Assembly: GCF_009914755.1 (NCBI RefSeq)
Contig: NC_060928.1
DNA: 64,000 bases
Reading direction: 5' to 3' (one strand)
DNA from: the human T2T-CHM13v2.0 reference genome, Homo sapiens
Below, one piece after another: positions 57,951 to 64,000 of the stretch. How positions within the stretch are numbered: position 1 is the first letter of the stretch; every line of letters starts with the position of its first letter. The notes under the pieces are model-generated. The model ran no database searches and had not been told where the DNA came from. It saw only the letters and a list, made by a program, of their open reading frames with translations. The position numbers and the translations under genes were made by a program.

Positions 57951-58469
57951 CATTTAGATTGCCTCCAAATTGCCTTCATTTAGTAAATTGTAAATTCTCA
58001 AGAATACACTGAAATCCTAGCCTTCAGCTGGAACTGGATTGGTCCTTCACTGTAGTGGAAAAGAAGATGATGATGAAAAGCAAAATAGCTAAAAAAAATT
58101 AAAAAATTATAGAATATATATTTCAATGTGTTTTTCTTTGTTTGATCTAATGATCTTTGTTAAAGTGCCAGATTTACATTGGAAACTTTTTTTTTTATTT
58201 TTCAGATTTCAGAAAGGTAAGTTCTTGTATGAAATATATATATTAGATAACGGTAAATTTTTGCATGATATATATATTTCTTTATATATATGCATATATA
58301 TTATACATATATGTATATATACACATACTCTCAGAAGGAATAGTGGGAAAAGGAGTGGTTATACTGAGGTTCTGATTAATTCAATTCAAATTGTGCAGCC
58401 AAGACTTTGTCATACACTTCACAACATTTTTATTTATTTTGAGAGATTTGGGATTTCAAAATGGTGAAC

Positions 58470-58848
58470 TATATATAGTTGGGCTCTGTGTCTCCACCCA
58501 AATATCATGTTGAATTATAATCCAGGGACCTGGTGGGAGGTGACTGGATCATGGGGGTGGATTTCCCCCTTGCTGTTCTTGTGATAGTGAGTGAGGTCTC
58601 ACCAGAACTGGTTGTTTGAAAGTGTGTAGCACTTCCTCATTTGCTCTCTCTCTCCTATTGCCCTATTGCCATATGAAGACATGTTTCATTCCGCCTCAGC
58701 TTTCTACTATGATTGTAAGTTTCCTGAGGCCTCCCCAGCTGTGTTTCCTGTATAGCTTGCAGAAATGTGAGTCAATTATACCGCTTTTCTTTATGTATCA
58801 CCCAGTCTCAAGTAGTTCTTTATAGCATTGTGAGAACGAACTAATATA
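58470..58848 (+). mobile_element. MSTA MaLR solo LTR flanked by GTGAAC direct repeats
   Basis: ctctgtgtctccacccaaa; ggacctggtgggaggtgactggatcatggggg; tgattgtaagtttcctgaggcctccccagc; end gaactaatata. Confidence 0.92.
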
Positions 58849-59838
58849 GTGAACAAGAAATAGTTCACTTGATTTTACTTACCATATCATTAAGTTGATT
58901 TTCTAATTAAGGGTGCTTATTCTTTGCCTTAGCAATTGGCTAAAAAAACTTATAGCCATATATATTGCCTATAATATAGAATAAATTTCTTGGCATTTAT
59001 ACCTTTAATCTTAGTTCTCAGTAATTGACTAATGAGGCCAAGTTGGAATGGCATAAAATACTATTAAGAATAAAATTGACAAATTCAGACACCTATCCAT
59101 TTAACAATTAAGTATCTATTTTTCTATCTACCTATTTATCTTTTTTATGAATAATAAAATTCCATGAAGAAAGTTGAAAACTTAAGTTTCAGTAATTCTG
59201 CATCTGTATGTTTGCACACTGGGAAATTTGCATATATCCTAACACAGCAAACTTATTTTTAAAAAGATGTGTGGCTCTTTCTTAGCCTAAATCAGATCCT
59301 CAAAATAATCCATAAACCAAAATCAAAAATTAAAGAAAACAAATTACAAATTTTACAATTAAATTTTCTTATAAATAAAGGTAAATTCCAAAAGTACATT
59401 ATTGATGTACCCTCCCAGAGAATTTGCAAGTTTGAAATTACGGGAAGTGGAGTATTCTGCATACATCCATTCCTCAGATCCTGATACAATCTATATCAGT
59501 GCACCTGAAGTGGAATAATGAGTAAGAGAGGAATGGCGAGCAAAGCACAACCCATGTTTGCAGCATAATCATTTCTCGTCCACTGTGCCTGAAGTTGAAG
59601 CTGTATCCAATGTGGTCATTGTTCATTTAGTAGAAATTATTTAGTTCCATATTTTACAAAAGTGACATTAGAACTAAAGATGTATGTTTATGACAATTTG
59701 CTGTTTGTTTATAGTGGAGAAGATCAATAGAGTTTCTTTGCATTAATATTCTCTAAGATATTGCTCCAGATCTCAAGTATATAAAAGTGGAATAGAAAAT
59801 CATTCCTCTGAAGATTTTACTGTGACAACTTCCAAGTA

Positions 59839-60180
59839 TAGTCATGTGTCACATAACGTTTCAGTTAATAATGGACCACATATATGAAGATGGTCCCAAA
59901 TGGTTATAACACCATATTTTTACAGTACCTTTTCTATTCTTAGATATATTTATATTAATGAATACCACTGCATTAAAATTGCCTGCAGTATTCAACACAG
60001 TAATCTGCTGTTCAGGCTTGTAGCCTAGGAGCAATAGGCTATACCACACAGCCAAGGTATATAGAAGGCTAGACCATATAGGTTTGTGTAAGTGCAGTCT
60101 ATGCTGTTTGCATAGCAACAAAATTGCCTAATGACATATTTCTAAGAACATATCCCCCCTTGTTAAGTGATGCAAGACTA
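59839..60180 (+). mobile_element. Tigger3a (MER7A/Golem) Tc1-mariner MITE with TA TSD
   Basis: ta|tagtcatgtgtcacataacg ... gttaagtgatgcaagacta|ta; internal ttgtagcctaggagcaataggctatacca. Confidence 0.9.
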
Positions 60181-61189
60181 TAGTACACAGGGTTTTCATT
60201 TAAATATAATGAAAGGAAATGTCCATGTTTCAACCTTTGCCAATTGTGTTCAACACTCTACTGAGAGCAGCCAGACGCAGAGTGACTTCTGACAGTGGAA
60301 GGAGCTTTGGGCTCTGGTCAGATTCATACAAGACTCATGCAATATAAAATGAAAATGGACCTCTGAGACTCATATGTGTAGAAATAATTTACTTTCACAA
60401 AAGAAAACATTAAATCACATAAATAGAGTAAAACAAAACAAGTAAAATACTGCCTAGAAAACATTCAATAAACATTGGACTTATAAGACACATGGAAGTT
60501 ATGTAATGGAAACATTTTATATTATTAAATATAAATTTCAAATTCCTCTCCCGTTCACATAAGCTTGAATGTTTGGGGGCCATGCTTGTAGAAAGCTAAA
60601 TTCATTTCTGTTAGCTCAATAAATAATGATGAAAATTTAAGCCTTGGGAAAATATTGAATGTAAGTTATTTTCTCTTATGTTTATGCCTATAAGTTCTGC
60701 TGTAAGCTATAATTTTGAAGAATCTAAAGACTATTACGGGAAACACTATGATAAAAGTTCACACAAAATGCTCGAGTTGTTTTTTCAAGAAGAACCTATA
60801 TCATCTAAATATTTCCTTTTTTTGTGTACATAGACTGGATGCCCATGAAGGACAGATGCATGAAAATCAGCAAGATCAAATAGAAAAAACGAGAGTCACT
60901 TAAAACTATTATTTGAATATGCATGGTCATTCAGTTTGGAATTGAAATATGTGGAAATAATTAACTTTAATTTAATAATATCCAATACAATTTAAGCAGA
61001 GTTTAAGAAAATATTATCTGAATATCTGGCTGCAATTAGGACATATTTGGAAACATTTGCAAAAACTAAAGCGATAGGAAATAAGTAGTATCATAACGGA
61101 TGAGCTGTTTTTGTGTCAAAGAATGAGCCAAAGCTCTTCCAAGTCTACAGGTGAGTGTTTAGAGGTAGGGGAAGAGCACAGAATTAAAC

Positions 61190-61634
61190 TGCCATTTTCA
61201 TTACATTATATTATGCTATGAACACTACTTACAGTTGGTGTTGACCTTGGTCATCTGGCTTAAATGTTTTTCAGGTTTCTCCAATATAAAATTTATCCTT
61301 TTATCCCCTTTCCATGCTGTATTCTTTGGAAGGAAGAACTGTATCTATGCATAGCCCACACTTAAAGAGTAAGAGTTATACTCCATTTGGTGGTAGCATA
61401 TTTGCTTAAATTATTTGGAATTGCTCTGCAAGAGAGAATTCTTTATTTTTCCTTATTTCTTTATATATCCAAGCATTTATTCATATTGGTATGAATTCAT
61501 GGTTATTTTTTTTATGTGTTATATTCTAGTATTACTTTATTATATTTTCTTGCTCATATTGTTCTAGGATTGACTATCAGAAGCTCTATCAGTTGATGTC
61601 TATGTTCCTTTGACATACACTCATTATTGTGGAG

Positions 61635-61674
<40 letters not shown>

Positions 61675-61775
61675 CATTATTTTTCAGGTACTTTAAGTAC
61701 TTCCTTGCTTTCTGGTATCACAAGAAAACAAAGTTGCATCAAGATGCTTCAGTTTCAACTTATATATTTTTGCCT
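61190..61775 (-). mobile_element. L1MC/L1MD 3' UTR fragment
   Basis: gttgaccttggtcatctggct; caggtttctcca; ctttggaaggaag; catagcccacacttaa; aaattatttggaatt. Confidence 0.78.
61637..61672. repeat. (GT)18 microsatellite
   Basis: Direct inspection. Confidence 0.97.
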
Positions 61776-62399
61776 CAGTATTGTGTGTGCGTGTATATAT
61801 ATATGTGTGTGTGTATATATATAAATCCCTTCAAAAGGGACTATAATGTTTATGCATGCAATATTTATGCCTTCCCATAAAACTAACTTAAACCCTTTAT
61901 TGCAATACAAAAACAGTATGTACAAGACTTGGTAGTTGCTGTTTGACTCCATGTGGTGTTAAAGCACCTATAGAAAGGTTACTATTTATAATAGTCAACT
62001 TGTTTTTAACTCAATGTGCCAAAGTGTTGTGAAATTTATAATATGTTTTAGAGAAAAATCACAAACACGTATTTATGAAAATGCCGAGAAACTGAGTTTT
62101 AGGGGATAATATGGTCATATCATCATCAAATATTGGAAAGTAATTGTAAAATAATACACAATTAATTTTTATTGCTGCATTGTGCATTTTTCTCTTCTAT
62201 ATTTCCTCCTTCTGTGCCTTAACAGTGAAGTCAGATGATTTGAGTTTCAAGGGCACCAAACTTTTATTAGTTACTCAAAAATGTTTAGATCTCATTTAAA
62301 AAGCAAACAAGTTTTACTGTTCCATGTAGTCATCACTACTGAGAATACAAAGCAAACCTAATGGAATAAATACACATGTTTATATACATCTATATCAAA

Positions 62400-62514
62400 A
62401 TCCACACACATGCATATGTAATAATAAATTTACACATGTATACATACGTACATATGTGTGTGTATATATAGAGAGACAGACATATGTGTGTATGTAGAGA
62501 GAGAGAGAGAGAGA
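62400..62514. repeat. Compound (CA)/(TA)/(TG)/(GA) low-complexity microsatellite
   Basis: Direct inspection. Confidence 0.85.
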
Positions 62515-64000
62515 CTCAAATTCTACACCAAAAAAAAAAATCTGTATAAAAGAGTGTCCAATAAAGGCTGGGAAATTATTTGTCCATCTTCAGAAGAAGA
62601 GTGAGTCACAACAGACAAAAAAAATTAAGTTCAATTCCTCAAATATTTATTGACTGCTTAGTACATTACAGACCTGGTGGTTAGCAGTGGAGGTGAAGTG
62701 ATAATTAGTATGCCCAGTGGTAATTTGTAGTCTAATGACATCTACAACTTGAGAAATAGCTATAGTGCAATATGTTAAAGCTACGTAGAAGAGCAGAGAG
62801 CCAAGTGACCTTTGATAGACAAAAATACATTGGAAGAGTGTGCATTGGACTCTATAAGGGAACCACTGGCAGTGCAGAGGTGAGTGGCTCTGGTGCAAGT
62901 AACACACATCATGGCTTCGTCAGAGCCTGCACCAGCTGTTCAGATGAAAGCAGTTGATGTGCTCACCATTACCACAGTATGAGTCTCCAGGGGCCATCAG
63001 GACAGGAGTGGCAGTGCTGAGGGCAGTGGAATAGCCAGAGTTCACCAGCCATCCAGAGAAGCTCATAGTCTGGGTTAAGGTGGTGATAGAGATGGTACAG
63101 CCCTCACTCAAGGAGATTATGAAGTGATGACCCGTAGCAAAGTGAGAATAGCAGTGAAAAGAACTTCTCAGACCTTTTTGTGAGTATGAATGATTATTAA
63201 ATACTAGAGAGAGAAAGAAAACTAAAAAAAAACTTCGATAACTTCTCATAATGCTGGTGGGGAGTTAAGTCGTTAATGGAATTTCTGTTGGAATTATAAA
63301 TCCTTAAAATGATGAGGCCTGGGGAAGACAGTAAGGACAATTAATATGCTAAGTTGTATCACATGGAAACCATTTTATAAAATACAGAAAGTTGTATAAA
63401 TAGCCAAAATGTAAGTAGACTTATGGTTTAATGAATAATTACTTCCAAAAATTGTCAATATGAAAATATTGTGGAGATAGAATGACAGATATTCACATAC
63501 ATTTTATATAAAGTATAAAAAGCCATCTTAATTAATCCTGGGGTCCCTTAATGGAAACATCCTCTTATTATATTACTTTATTAACTTGCTGCAGGATAAT
63601 TCTTATGTGAGTAACTAAACCTTTCAATAGTCCCTTCTGAATCACTCTTTGGAATTTAATATTATTAAAGCAATGCACTTGATCTCAGTTTTTAGTCTTT
63701 GTAAGAAAAAAAAATGGTCTCTGAGTCAAAGAAAAGTGTTGAGCAGTAATTAGTTTGGGCAGGGAAATTTATATCAGTGTGCCATCATCTTCTCCACTGG
63801 CGTGCTGGTAGCAGGATGACCTCCAGCTCATTCACCAGCATTTCAGATGTGCAGCACTACTGCTTAGTAACATCTGTGATGTTCCCAAAGACTGGTTTTG
63901 CTTTCTGAGGAAATTTTGCTTATTCACATCTGTTTTCAAGGTTGTTAAGGAGTAAAATGCTTTCTTTACCAGTGCATATGCAAAGCACTGTAAACTGTGC

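Overview
This is AT-rich primate (human-like) intergenic or intronic DNA. I can support no protein-coding gene, RNA gene, CpG-island promoter or CRISPR array. Recognisable ORFs in the track derive from Alu, L1, LTR/ERV or microsatellite sequence; the rest look like chance frames. Roughly half or more of the window is interspersed repeat: 12 Alus (J, S and Y classes, one apparently very young), old and young L1s, L2/MIR/L3, many MaLR/ERVL/ERV1 LTRs, and hAT/Tigger DNA transposons. The largest structure is a minus-strand, non-autonomous ERV1 at ~33.0-39.5 kb. It has a MER50-type 5' LTR, a tRNA-His-like PBS remnant, and decayed gag (MA fused to the CA end, two zinc knuckles) and protease. It carries a two-LTR THE1B element in its leader and abuts an older LTR41-like element. 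Repeat subfamily names come from remembered consensus sequences and need RepeatMasker/Dfam confirmation. I found no convincing novel biological system; the findings are modest structural, mutational and candidate-regulatory observations.
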